NCBI GenBank assembly: GCA_030390025.1
Contig: CM059432.1
Span: forward strand, 84,322,001-84,386,000
DNA length: 64,000 bases
DNA from: Squalus acanthias
Taxonomy: Eukaryota
Direction: 5' to 3'
Translations under genes and position numbers: made by a program
Shown here: piece after piece, positions 1 to 12,837 of the stretch
How the letters are laid out: each line of letters begins with the position of its first letter
How positions within the stretch are numbered: the first letter of the stretch is position 1
Notes under the pieces: model-generated
Database searches by the model: none
Told to the model about the DNA's origin: nothing
Seen by the model: only the letters and a program-made list of their open reading frames with translations

Positions 1-3000
1 AATTTGTCCTTTAAGACTTAATAAATACATTTATTTTCTACAGTTTAGAGGAGAGATTGTAAAATACGGTGCATTCTAGTTCATACTTTAAATTTTCATC
101 TTAGCAAGCCAAAATATGTAAGGAATTTTCAGTAAAATATTTTTCATTTTGGGAGGCAAATGCCACACACAACCAGATCACGACATACAATGGCAGAAAA
201 AATGTCTTAACGGTTTTAACACCGGGTAAGGATCTTCTGATGTCTGATAGGTTACTCTTGTTAATTAGAAAATTTTAGTTGTTACTGTTGTAGTTATTTT
301 CAAATATTTTAAGAGTGTAAGATTCACCCAATAAAATGGATTATACGGCTCACCAAATGCTGCCAGCTGATTACATAACTGACTTAGTCCTATAAAATGC
401 AATAACATACATATAACATTATTTAATATTGCATTTGCCTTATTTAGAATTGAAAGACAATATTTTCAGTACAAATCTTTCATTAGGTCGATCAGAAAGT
501 CTTCATAATAGTTTCAGTATTATTCAGATTTATCCCCAATTCAGAATACATGGCAAAATACACCTGGCCGCGACTACAAAAGGACAAATGAATGATGAAT
601 TTCTGACCATACCGTTACACTAACTAGCCAATTAAACGTCTCAGGCAAAGGATTCCCAGCTGATTGAAACTTTTCCCCCTATTCATATTTTGGAGTGAAA
701 TACATTACTTAAAATGCCACTAATTGCTGACGATTATTTTCATAATGAATAAAATGTGTCATTTAATTGAACGTAGGTCGTTCGTGCATGCACATATCTT
801 TAAAATTGTTACAGTAGAAATGTTTTAATCTTAATGAGAACAGTCTCGTGAAAAGAAACACTTCCTGTAATCCAATTATTATTAGGTAAACGTACTGGAG
901 TGTGCAGATTATATTAGAATGTATAGTTGAGTCCTGCTTTCGGATTTCCATGTAAATAAATTATATTAATTCGATGTTTATTAAATGATTCTATTGTATT
1001 CGATAATTTTACTAAACTTGATAACATGTTTATTCCGAAATAACCGAGGAACGGTCGAATGCAATATAGGTTTACCGCTTAACCGAATGATGCTGCAAAG
1101 AAAATCGATACATGGAGAAGACATACATTTCCAATGATATAAAGTCGCAATAGAGCTATATAGAGTAGCACTGAATATTGCTTCACGCGGAAATTACTCA
1201 AATATATCTAAGATGGATATATTCCTTAAAATTATACAGAAAATATTGCAGTACTCAGCGAGTTAAACATCTACAGTAATATTACCTTAATTTCTTCCGG
1301 AAACAGATTTAAACTTGCAATAACAGTATCAAAATGGTTAATTATTTTTAAAAAGCGTAATATTTCGAAGCAAACTGCTATTTCGTGCCACATTTGTAGG
1401 CGACTGAGCTGTATTAGCAACGTAAGAACACTTTTATGAAGCTTTGTTAGCAACAGCAAAGACAATCTTTGGTATTTTGAATAAATATGCCACGGCTGTT
1501 TTTTTTGGTACAAAATGCATCTTCGGGCGCAGTGGATATGCTTTGCAAGTTGATTTTGATCACTTTATCCTTTTAAAGATTTATGCCATAGTTTATCCAG
1601 AGAGATCAGTACTTTGTGGGTAATTTGGGATGAGGCAGTCAATTTGTATGGAATGGTTAAGGTTTGCGGGAGTCAACTTTTGATGTGTCAAAAAACGTTA
1701 TTCACTGTTTTAATGTTTCTCTCCATCCTATAAATTAAATTAGAATGCTCTTATATTTATTGATGATTAAAATCAATTTGTAGGAACTATCGCTGTAATT
1801 ATGACAAGGAATTTGCTTTGTTGAAAATAAATTGATTTAATAAAATTACCTCTGTCAACAGCACTGCATCCGATTTTGTGTCAACTTGTTTTGTTAGTTC
1901 AGACCTTAGAGGGAAAAAAGTCACCGTATAGGATTATCTTGTTTATAAAGATAATTCGCACTTTGCATTTCTTTCTGATTGACAACAAAGCCATCACATA
2001 TATATCTTTAGACTTCTCTAGCTATAGATTTATAACAGAAGTAAACAATACAATTGTTCAACAGGGATTAGACTTGTACTCTGGATCATTGAATTCTCAG
2101 CTTACCCTATGAGGGAAAAGTAACAAAAAACTGTTCCCAGGTTGAACAGTTCAAGTGTGTATTTCACAAGTCTATTTGCTTGGTTTAAAACTATGTGCAG
2201 AAATTATATGCATTTTAATTATTGATTAATGCAGAATGGTTTCTCAGCACAAAACACTGGAGTTTGTGCATGTGTTGGTAGTATGCACTGATGATAAACC
2301 TTGCAATTCTAATCATGGCTCGTGTCGCCTCGGGGCCTCTATCCAGAAAGGATGGTGTGGGGACATGGGTGGATGTCTGCAACAAAATACCTGTAGAAGC
2401 ATGCCCGTTTGAATACAGCACCCTAGGCAATTGCGTGGGTGGGGAAGGATCGTTTGCAACCTGAAGGTTCACAGAATTCTAATTTCTAGCAGTGAAAATA
2501 ACCCTACCTTATCACGTTGTGGCCTCCTCTCCCCACCATCACTATTAAGAAATTAGCAAAACAGCTGTGGGACATCTGCTAGACGGAATGGGCTGTGTCC
2601 GGCTAACATGTACTCCTTGCACACCTACTGTACCCAAGGTTGATTTAAAATGTTAACTCTTTGGCCTGAGCAAAAAGGTTCCATGTGAGTGACGTTTTCT
2701 AGTCTGTATATTTTTCAAATTGTACAACATTGCACATAAAATATGACAAAAGAAAACACTGATCTTCTGATCCCTGTTTATCAATTAATAATGAAAAATG
2801 TGAAGTAAACTAAGAAACTGAAGGGTTGGTCACCAATACTGGAAGAGTAATTGGTATTCCGATGACTTCAGAAAAATATTGAGTTGTCATGTGGATTTAC
2901 CGTTGTGCTATTCATTTTAATCAAGTATTTGTTTTCCATGGTAAGTGTGTAAGAGAGGAATATATGAATTCATAAAATAGATAATGTTGATTTTCTAAAC

Positions 3001-3216
3001 ACTTTTACTTTACATAAATGGTCCATTGCGTGGAAATATATAATTTTACAATATTTCCCAGAAATAGTTAATTCTTCAGAAATGTGAATCTGCTGTCTGA
3101 AAATTGAGTGTTCTTACTTTGTTGGATACTGCTACAATTTAGAAAATGCCACAGGCTGACTTGGAATAATTATTCTTTTATAGTTGTAATGTTTCAATAG
3201 AATGATCAATTTTAAT

Positions 3217-3929
3217 GGGCCAGAAATTCAGCTTTCAGGCTTCCTGCGGGTGCAAGCATCGCGCGCGTACTTGCCTACCACGCCTGCAGTTGTGCTTTGG
3301 GCCCACGAGGACTTCAGGTCCTGGGCCTCCTCCAGCTGCCGGCGCGCAGTGCTTGTGTATCCCAGGGGCGCAGTTAGTTCGAAGCGTCCCCTGGGATCAC
3401 CAGGAAGACCTGTCAAATCTATGAATAGAGATCGGCCCCAAAACCACACTTAAACTTCAAATACATTTTTTTTAAAAAATCACATTTTTAAAATAACTAT
3501 AAGTTAAATAAATTAACTACTTTAAACAAAAATTTAATTTTTGAAAAAATTAATTATACTTTGTAACGGTGCTAAAAATAAACTTACCTTTCTTTAAAGT
3601 ATCTAAAAAAGATAAACCTGTTGAAAATTTTTTTAAATTGTAATTAATTAACCACTTACCTTGTTAAAAACAGGCCTTGCGCCTCCTTTTCAAAAGCACA
3701 GCTTCTTCATACTTACCTTCCCGGAGAAACCTGAAAAAAAAATTGAAGTTCGCTGTGTACGCGCTGCCTCTCCCGCGCACGCATTCGACTTCTGAACCCC
3801 TCCCTTCAGGGGAACGGAAGTTCCGGTTTCCCGCGCATGCGCAGTGCATGCAGGAAACCGGCACTTCAGATGGCCTTACAGGTGAGTACACAGCGCGTAC
3901 TCACCTGACAACAGCCGAATTTCTGGCCC
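3217..3929. mobile_element. Non-autonomous Harbinger-type MITE (713 bp)
   Basis: TIRs GGGCCAGAAATTCAGCT / AGCCGAATTTCTGGCCC (1 mismatch); 3-bp TSD AAT on both sides; GC-rich subtermini, AT-rich centre, no ORF. Confidence 0.85.
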
Positions 3930-4544
3930 AATATGTGGTCAATGCAACAAGGTCTAAAAATCCTCTCTACGTCCTCATTGTGTGGAAATGAGGACTCATT
4001 ACACTGTCTCCTTCTCCAAAACTTTCTTCACCAGGACCTCAAAATTGTAGAACTTTCTTTGCCTCCCTCAATATTACAGCTTTTCCTATTATAATCTAGA
4101 GAAGTTTGTTAACATTCAACTGCTAGTCAACCTCCTTCCTTCTATGGTACACAACGACACGCTTCGAGTAAGCACAAGACATTTGATGGTGGAGTATACG
4201 GAACAGACTTTATTGATATCCAGCATAGATGATCAGCCTAACTAGACACTCAGGGCTGGATTTTACCAACCTCGGCAGGTCCGTGGCGGGCGACGTCAGT
4301 GGTGGGTCCCGGCCTCGCTGCCAGCTCCAGCCCGCTCTCCAAAATGATTTTCCCCTGATTGGACTTGTTAAGCCCGCCCTAGCGCGTTTGCCGGCCAATT
4401 GAAGGAAGTGGGTTTGATGACATCATTTGACGATGTGTCATCAGCTGGTTTTCTTAAAGGGACCATGTGCAAGTTGATGTGACATTTGTGCTGTCAGTGT
4501 TCTAAAGCATTGAGGTGCTGCAAACACTGACAAGCACTGCATAG

Positions 4545-4772
4545 AGGTGCACAGCTGCACCCATGCTCTCCCATTACTCCCTCCATATGCATATGGAGGG
4601 AGTCACAGCATGCAGGGAGATTCTCTTCCCTTCCAGTGGGCGGAAGAGACCTCCCCAGGAGATCAATGCAGCCTGGTTGCACATTGCACAGGAGGACACA
4701 AGCAGGGATGTCGTCAGGAGGACTAGGCTGCAGTGGCACAAACCTTTCAATGATCTCAGTAGATCACGAAAT
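4545..4772 (+). pseudogene. Myb/SANT-like DNA-binding exon remnant of Harbinger
   Basis: EGVTACREILFPSSGRKRPPQEINAAWLHIAQE...KPFNDL, homologous to the other Myb exon-1 copies in the window. Confidence 0.75.
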
Positions 4773-5725
4773 GTTACTGCAAAGCCACACTCAACATCAT
4801 CCTGCTGTGACACCCATCACATCCCCATCACTCTGCCTTCCCTATCCTACTCCTGCACATCCTTACTCACACCAACTTACCTTGCACCTCCACCCATCCC
4901 TCTCTATCTACATTATCACTTCCCCATCTCACGAGCCACCCCTCAGACTCACCCTCACCCTCATCCCAGTCCAATCATACCAACTAACAACACACAAGGG
5001 TAGGCACTTGGGTGTTTTATGCAATGTTCATGTAAAGTTTCTGTTAATGTGGTGTCAAACATTGAAACCTTTATTTTGAACACTTTGCGTTCTTGGACAG
5101 ATTTGTGTGCACCTTTGGAAGTGTCTTAGTGAGTTGCAGTGAATGGTGAGACATAACAGTACCCCCGCAATGGTGATGAGTGTGAAAGGAATGGCTTGGG
5201 CATTGTAGGGATGCTTTATGGTGTTGGTGTGGGGTGGTGCCAACTTGGTGCATCATGTGGCAGCCAGGGTGTGCAGTGTCAAGTGAAGTAAATCTGGCTA
5301 TGGTGAGGCCATCCCTGGCATCCCGGGCAGCAAAGTGGTCAGGTGCTGATGTCCTGTGTCCTGTGCAGCATCAGTTTATTGCGAAGAAGGTGGTTGTAGT
5401 TGTTGTTGTTGCTGCTGCTGGTGTGCCTGGTGCAGCTGGTGTTGGGGCTCATCGTGGTGGGATTCTGAGGACCAAGGTGAGATAGGGCTGGATTTTGCCA
5501 GCGGAGGTGGGATCACAGCGGGATAGGTAGTTGGCGGGTCCGTCCCGCTCCCAGCTCCAGCCACTCTGTGAAAACAATTTTACGTTAATTGGGCTTGTTA
5601 AGCCTGCTGTGCACGTTACGCGGCCCAATTACAAGGTGCGTTTGTTGCCGGTATATTTAAAGGGGCCATGTCCCCATTTGCGCTCACTTGTGATTTCATG
5701 CTCCTGAGTGCTGCTTGTGGGAAAA

Positions 5726-7303
5726 ATGACTGCAGAGAGACAAAGGGCTGCGCCACGATTCAACGATGATTCCCTCCATGTTCTTGTGGAGGGAGTCAGA
5801 GGATGCAGGGAGGTTCTATTCCCTGTGGATGGAAGGAGGAGACCTCCTCAGCTGACAAAGGAAGACTAGCTGCAAATAGCTGAGGAGGTCAATGCAAGGT
5901 CTGTGGTTGTTCGCACCTGTGTGCAATGTAGGAAGAGGTTTAATGATCTTCTGCGTTCAGGAAAAGTGAGTATAAAAGCACACTTACCTTCATTCTGCTG
6001 TGCCTGTCATCACATCCCCATCACTCTGCATTGCCAACCCTACTCCTGCACATCCTTACTCACCCCAACATCTCTTGCACCATCACCCATCCCTCGCTCC
6101 CTATGCACAGAATCACATCCCCATCTTACTATGCACCCCTCACACTCACCATCATTGTTATGCAATGACAACAACTAACAACTCAAAAGGAGGCAACTTG
6201 GTATTGGCACCCCACTCCATCATAGTCTCCCTCTAAACATCTATCCTATCCATTCTTTACACTCATTCCATCACTCTTACTGAAACTTCTCTTCTTTCCC
6301 TCATTGCAGGAAAAGAGAGCCCACAATAAGAGGGAGAGGGAGAGAACAGGAGGAGGACCGCCATCATTGACTGAGCTCACCAATGCTGAGGAGGCAGCTC
6401 TAGACATTACCGGAGTCATTGACCAGCCTGAAGAGGGGCTCATTAGAACAACCTGGTGACAGAATTATTTGCCATACATCTTATTATCTTATTTGGCATT
6501 CATGAGTGACTCATATGGGGTCTGATGTCAAAAGAAATTGAATACTCATCATGTGTATAATGGGATGTGTCTGCAATCTACATATCACATGTCTAACTCA
6601 TGTCTTTACTCTCCCACAGCACCATCAAGAGCCCTCCCCCCACACACACACTGTCCAGGAGGGAGAGCAGGAGCACTCCTCAGAGGATCCTAAAGCCTCT
6701 GAGGGAGCAGCGTCAACAGAAATGAGCGCACCCAGCACCAGCGCAGAGACGCACATCTCGGTGGGCCCTCTGCAAGATAGAGTAGTGTTGTCACCTGGTG
6801 TATCACAAGTCACATGTGCGCAAGATCAGATGGTGGAAACAGGGACAGCAGTGGAGACTCCTCGTCGGAAGCCGTAGGAGTCTCCTAGCTCTGCTACACT
6901 GCATGCAGACGCTGAGCCTTGGGGGCCATCCAGGAAGAGGGTGATCCTGGAGCTTCAGGAACAAGTGCAGGAGGCTCTGACAGGGTTAGCAACCACGGTG
7001 ACTGCGAGTGTGCAGAGAATGGAGGAGTCCATCTCAAATATGAGCAATGCCATGGCGCACGCACTGGCAACTGTAGGTTCCGCCATGGAAAGGATGGCCA
7101 CCTCCATGGAGGACATAAATCGCCAGACTCAGGAGAACATGGTAACACTTCTAAAAAGATGGTCATCTATGGAGGATAGATGGGCATCTATTGAGGAGAA
7201 AAACCAAAAGTTCATGGACATCCTTGTTATGAGGGATGTCAGGACAGACATGGGTCCTCATGGCTCCACTTGGGTACTCACTTGGGTGATTTGCTATAAA
7301 TGA
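5726..7303 (+). pseudogene. Harbinger Myb/SANT-like gene, 3 exons (5726-5965, 6310-6455, 6620-7303), disrupted
   Basis: MTAERQRAAPRFNDDSLHVLVEGV...QCRKRFNDLLRSGK|GTGAGT; CAG|EKRAHNKRERERTGGGPP; premature TAG at 5867 and a further stop/frameshift in exon 3. Confidence 0.85.
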
Positions 7304-8256
7304 ATGTTAAGTTTCTATTCTTTTACTTTGTTGTAATAAATTACTTTTTTCTGATTGTTTGCATTCGATGCCATATGTGTGCTCACAATTGGAAGTGGCA
7401 GAGTGAAGGGTAAGGGCGCCTTTTATGTCCAGCAATGGTGGGGACAGTGCAAGGAATGCACAGTTCATTGTAGAGATGCTCTATGGTGTTGAAGTGGGGT
7501 CATGCCAACCTTAATCCGCATGTGGCAGCCACATGTCTGTGCTGCATAAAATTGGTGAATCTGGCATTGATTAGGCCATCCCTGGCATTACGGACAGCAA
7601 TGTGCTCGCGTGCTGGTCGCATTGGGTCAGCTGCCTCTTCCAGGTCTTCCTCATGCTGAACCTCATTCTGCTCCTCCTCCTCGTCTGAAGAGGTTGTGCG
7701 CTCTGCGACTTGTTCCTCATGCAGCGCTAATCCTCGCTGCAGTGCGATGTGCAGGGCACAGCAGACAACTACGATTCTCGAGACCCTGGCTGGTGTGTAC
7801 TGAAGGGTTCCACCAGATCTGTCCAGGCATCTGAAGCGCATTTTGAGCAACCCTATTGTTTGCTCTATGAGACTTCTGGTGGAAATGTGGCTTTGATTAT
7901 AACGCTCCTCAGACTCGTTTGATGGCCTCCTCAATGGTGTCATTAGCCACGTCTTCACCGGATAGCCCTTGTCTCCAAGGAGCCAGCCGGAAAGCTCGTT
8001 TGGTGGTGCGAAGAGCTGAGGGACAGTGGACTGGCGCAAGATGTAAGAGTCATGGCAGCTGCCAGGGAACTTGATGCACACATGCATGATGCTCTTCCTA
8101 TGGTTGCACACCAGCTGCATGTTAAGGGAGTGGAAGACCTTGCGGTTGACAAATACTAATACAGTAGCAAAATACTGCTGATGCTGGAAATCTGAAATAA
8201 CAACAGACAATGCTGGAAACACTCAGCAGGTCAGGCAGCATCCGTGGAGAGAGAAA

Positions 8257-8298
8257 CAGAGTCAATGTTTCGAGTTGGGGACCCTTCGTCAGAACTGG
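8257..8298 (-). ncRNA. Minimal type-I hammerhead ribozyme motif in Penelope arm (decayed)
   Basis: Minus strand AGTT-CTGACGA-AGGGTCCCCAACTC-GAAACATT-GACT contains the CUGANGA and GAAA core boxes. Confidence 0.55.
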
Positions 8299-8751
8299 AA
8301 AAGGTTAGAGAAGAGAGATTTTTAAGCAGAGGCAGGGAGGAGGGGAGGAAAGAACAAATGGAAGGTGTGTGATAGGATGGAAGGCAGGAGAGATTGACTG
8401 ACAAAGGGGATTATGGTGCAAGGCAAAAGGAGAAGAAATGGGACAAGTTAAGAAACAAAAGATGACTCTAGAGGAGGTGTGAATGATGATAGCAGCATCA
8501 TTAACAGCTACCATGTGAAAAAACAAGAGAAAAAAATATATAAAGAAATACAGGGGTCAAGGTTATTGTCTGAAATTGTTGAACTCGATGTTAAGTCCAG
8601 AAGGCTGTACAGTACCTTATAGAAAGATGAGGTGCTGTTCCTCGAGCTTACGTTGAGCTTCGTTGGAACAGTGCAAGAGGCCGAGGACAGAGAGATCAGA
8701 GTGGGAGTGGAGGGGAGAATTAAAGTGACAGGCGACCGGAAGCTTTAAGTT

Positions 8752-9660
8752 CTCTGTCTCCATTTCTGGGATAGGCTATTGACCAACATCCACTATAAGC
8801 CCACTGACTCCCACAGCAACCTGGACTACACATCCTCCCACCCCGCTTCCTGTAAGGACTCTATTCCATTCTCCCAGTATCTCCATCTCCGCCGCATCTG
8901 TTCTGACGATGCCACCTTCCATACCAGTGCTTCCGGTATGTCTTCCTTTTTCCTCAACCGAGGATTCCCCTCTACTGTGGTTGACACGGCCCTCGACTGT
9001 GTCCATTCCATTTCCCGCACATCTGCTCTCACCCCTTCCCCATCCTCCCAGAACCACGATAGGGCTCCACTTGTCCTCGCCTTTCACCCCACCACATTCA
9101 ACGGATCATCATGCGCCATTTCCGCCACCTTCAGCGTGATCCCACCACGAAAAACATCTTCCCCTCCCCCCCCTTTCAGCATTCCGAAGGGACCATTCCC
9201 TCCGCGACACCCTGGTCCACTCCGCTATCACCCCCAACACCCCTTCCCCTTCGCCCGGCACCTTCCCATGCAAGCGCAGGAGATGCAACACCTGCCTTTT
9301 TACCTCCTCCCTTCCCACCGTCCAGGGCCCCAAACACTCCTTCCAGGTGAAACAGCGATTTACTTGTACTTCTTGCAATTTAGTATACTGTATTCACTGC
9401 TCACGATGCGGTCTCCTCTACTTTGGGGAGACCAAACGCAGATTGGGTGACCGCTTTGCGGAACACCTCCGTTCAGTCCGTAAGCGTGACCTCGAGCTTC
9501 CGGTCACCTGTCACTTTAATTCTCCCCTCCACTCCCACTCTGATCTCTCCATCCTCGGCCTCTTACACTGTTCCAACGAAGCTCAAGGAACAGTACCTCA
9601 TCTTTCTATTAGGCACTTTATAGCCTTCTGGACTCAACATCGAGTTCAACAATTTCAAAC
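8752..9660 (+). pseudogene. Penelope RT C-terminal region plus GIY-YIG endonuclease (frameshifted)
   Basis: TNIHYKPTDSHSNLDYTSSHP...IPFSQYLHLRRICS; FTCTSCNLVYCIHCSRCGLLYFGETKRRLGDRFAEH...HFNS. Confidence 0.85.
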
Positions 9661-9935
9661 TATAATCTCTGCCCCTGTATTTCTTTATATATATATTTTT
9701 TTTCTCTTGTTTTCTCACATGGTAGCTGTTAATGATGCTGCCATCATCATTCACACCTCATCTAGAGTCATCTTTTGTTTCTTAACTTGTCCCATTAACT
9801 CTCCTTTTGCCTTGCACCATCATCCCTTTTGTCAGTCAATCTCTCCTGCCTTCCATCCTATCACAGACCTTCCCTTTGTCCTTTCCTTCCCTCCTCCCTG
9901 CCTCTGCTTAAAAATCTCTCTTCTCTAAACTTTTC

Positions 9936-9975
9936 CAGTTCTGACAAAGGGTCCCTGACTCGAAACGTTGACTCT
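9936..9975 (+). ncRNA. Minimal hammerhead ribozyme motif in Penelope 3' arm (core G>A change)
   Basis: AGTT-CTGACAA-A-GGGTC-CCT-GACTC-GAAACGTT-GACT; stem II and palindromic ACGT stem III present. Confidence 0.55.
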
Positions 9976-11504
9976 GTTTCTCTCTCCTCAATGCTGCCTG
10001 ACCGGCTGAGTCTTTCCAGCATTTTCTGTTGTTATTTTAGGTCAACAAATACTGCTGGGTTCTGATGGTGTGCCCTGATGGTCACATGTGTGCAGTTGAT
10101 GACGCCCTACACCTGTGGGAAGCCAGCCAGATTGACAAAGCCGAGCGCACTCTCAGTAACACTAGCTTCATCAGTGGAAAAGTGGATGTAATTGGCTGAT
10201 TTGTCAAAGAGGGTATTGGTGACCTGCGTGATGCATCTGTGGGCGGCCGACTGGGAGATGCCGCTAATATCTGCTGCTGATCTCTGGAAGGAGCCTGACG
10301 CAAAGAAGTTGAGGGTGGTGGTGACGTTCACAGCCACTGGTAAGGGGTGTCCACCCGCTCCTCCGGGCTGCAGGTCTTGATCGAGCATTGTTCAAATGTC
10401 TGCGACTACTTGTCGCGAAAGTCTCAGCCTCCTTTGGCACTGCTGCTCAGTCATGTTGAGGAAGCTCATCCTCTGCCTGTAAACCCTGTGTTGGGGGTAT
10501 CTCCTGCGGCGCGGTGCAGCCCTGCACTGATGGCCTCTGCCCTGTGCAGCAGCAGGTGGTTGAGGAGAAGGTTGGCGCTCTTGTTGTTGGTGCTGCTGGT
10601 GTGCCTGGTTCTGCTGCTGCTGCGGCTGATCGTGGTCAGATTCTGAGGACCAGGGTGAGAGAGTATAAATTGTTCCCATTCTGTTGTATATGGCAGGTGA
10701 GGATGAGATGTTAGAAGCAATCAGTCACTGGGGAGAGAGGTTATTCCAAGGAGGTGACAGTGGATATAGAGTTTATAGAACACACGTACAGCCTCAATAA
10801 AGATCAAATGTGTCTTCTAAATCCCGAAATCAGCAACTTCTGACATTGGAAAGTGAACAGATGTGAAAGGTTAGCTTTTATACTGCAGTTGCATCTGTGA
10901 ACTATTCAGCTCGATGGAACTCCTGACATACTTACCTGACGTGATCTCCAAACGACGTAAACCCCATTAAAAATGTGGTAATATAGAAATAGGCTGCCAA
11001 AATAGTCATTAACAAGCACTTAACAAGCATTTAACTATCTTAAATGCCTCCCCCGCCGCTTGGTGTCGGGTCTGTTCTGAAATCACAGACCCGACACTTT
11101 GGAAACTTACATGGAGGCGAGTTCGGTGCGTGCTCCCAACCAGCTGTCAATCATTTCGATTTTGACAGCGATCCCGCCTCTGAACCCACCCTCTGAGTGC
11201 CGGCAAAATCGCGTCCATAATTTCAAGGGCACCAATGCTGATGGAATAGATAGCAGGTGAAGTTGAGATGACAGAAGCAAGCTGTCAATGGTGAGAGAGG
11301 TCGTTCCAATGAGATGACACTGGATAGAGAGTTTGTTCCAAACACTTGCAACCTGCTGTCAAAATTTTTTTTCCCACCCGACCCGTCACTGATCACGCCC
11401 GCTGACCCCCCAGAAAATTCTCCCTGAGAGTGCCCGCCAAAGAACAGTTGCATATCATGCTCCTTAATACACCTTATTTTGCCTACATCAACAGCACATG
11501 TCAC

Positions 11505-11654
11505 CAATGTTCCTTGTTAGTTTTTTCAGGCCACGCGGCCCATTCAAAATGCCATGCAAGTGCAGTTTTTCTATTGAAAAGTCAGCAAGTCGGCTGCATG
11601 GGACCCCTGGAGTGCTGCATAGCTGCACTGCCATGCAACTTACAGGGAACATTG
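11505..11654. mobile_element. hAT-type MITE (150 bp)
   Basis: TIRs CAATGTTCCTTGT / TTACAGGGAACATTG; perfect 8-bp TSD CATGTCAC. Confidence 0.85.
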
Positions 11655-12227
11655 CATGTCACAGATAAGACCTCATGATGAATCTATCCCTGAATCCTTT
11701 GAAAACAGTCTATTTACATAAACAGCCGTAGTTGTTTACTTCAAAGATACTTCTCTCAAACAAGACTTCCTAAAAAGTATGCATTATTAACCGTTATCTT
11801 TCTATATTATAGTTAATAGATCCCTCTGCCTATGTTTATTACACTAGCCACTAAAGTTATACTTTAATTACCCATAGTTGATGTATTCCCAGTAACTTAT
11901 TTCCTTGCACAAGCACTTCTTGTATATAATATTCAGACATCAAAAGCAGAAGACAAGCTATGCTTTCTCCTGCGGCACCCCAAAGCTATCTTATTTATAT
12001 TGGAAAGCTTGTTGTTCCAAGCTACAAGGAAGTTTGATTATTAACCCTTAACTGTCCAACATACAACCCTCCAGGATGTCCAACAAAGTTTAAAGCCAAA
12101 TCTAGGACTCATTTATTCATTGCTTCTTGATTTACCTGATTTTTTCTTCTATTCTTTCAATCTTTACAGTGAGCCCAACTGTTGGCCTTAGTCCTTTGAC
12201 TAGGTTTCTGAAATAAAGCATTGATGT

Positions 12228-12686
12228 AAGCTGTGTTTCAGTGGTAGCACTCTCTTCTCCGGGTCAGAAGGTTGTGGATTTGTCTCACTCCAGAGCCTTG
12301 AGCGCAAAATCTAGGCTAACACTCCAGTGCAGTACTGGGAGTGCTGCACTATCGGGTGAGCCGTCTTTTGGATGAGACATTAAACTGAGGCCACATCTGT
12401 CATCTAAGGTGGATGTAAAGGATCCCATGGCACTATTTCGAAGAAGAGCAGGGTGGTTCTCTCATGTGTCCTTGCCAATATTTATCCCTGAACCAACACC
12501 TAAAACAAATTATCTGGTCATTATCACATTGCTGTTTGTGGGACCTTGCTGAGTGCAAATTGGCCGCTGCACTTCCTACATTATAACAGTAACTACATTT
12601 CAAAAGTACTTAATTGGCTGTTAAGCACTTTGTGATGTCATGAGGTTGTGAAAGGTGCTATATAAATGCAAGTCTTCTTTCTTTCT
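12228..12686 (+). mobile_element. tRNA-derived Deu-domain SINE (SacSINE1-like)
   Basis: tRNA-like head, Deu-like core GATCCCATGGCACTATTTCGAAGAAGAGCAGGG, L2-like tail AAAGGTGCTATATAAATGCAAG. Confidence 0.75.
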
Positions 12687-12837
12687 AATTGTTTAGATTT
12701 TTTTAATGTAAAATTAAGACTCTTCATAGCTAAATTAAACTGTTGCTGTTTAAGCAGAAATTCACACTGTCTTTGCAAGGTCACTTGATGATAACATTTT
12801 TAGATCTGTAAAACTTGGAAACACCAACATCATCCTC

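Larger units (their letters stand above)
8158..10039 (+). mobile_element. Penelope-like retroelement, 5'-truncated, with an inverted copy of its 3' end
   Basis: 8158-8744 is the reverse complement of about 9495-10039; 14-bp TSD GGTTGACAAATACT / GGTCAACAAATACT; RT C-terminus and GIY-YIG remnants. Confidence 0.88.
7500..10679 (-). pseudogene. Harbinger (HARBI1-like) DDE transposase, split by a Penelope insertion
   Basis: FFASGSFQ...[66 protein letters not shown], acidic C-terminus; in-frame stops at about 10392 and 10107. Confidence 0.9.
5485..11216 (+). mobile_element. Near full-length two-gene Harbinger (PIF/Harbinger) transposon, nested
   Basis: TIRs GGGCTGGATTTTGCC / GGCAAAATCGCGTCC, TSD ATA on both sides; Myb gene on + and transposase on -, convergent. 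Confidence 0.9.
4253..11424 (+). mobile_element. Outer Harbinger deletion derivative (4253-5484 + 11220-11424), interrupted by a second Harbinger
   Basis: Left TIR GGGCTGGATTTT, imperfect right end AAAATTCTCCC; Myb exon-1 remnant; transposase N-terminus fused to C-terminus near 5345; sequence resumes after the ATA duplication at 11217. Confidence 0.75.

Noticed and set aside
2230..2465. Cys-rich reading frames as a host exon
   Set aside because: No recognisable domain or convincing splice context
7500..8222. N-terminus of the 240-aa ORF (MFPALSVV...)
   Set aside because: The first ~20 codons come from the Penelope arm, not from a real start
12228..12300. tRNA gene
   Set aside because: Decayed SINE head; no intact cloverleaf
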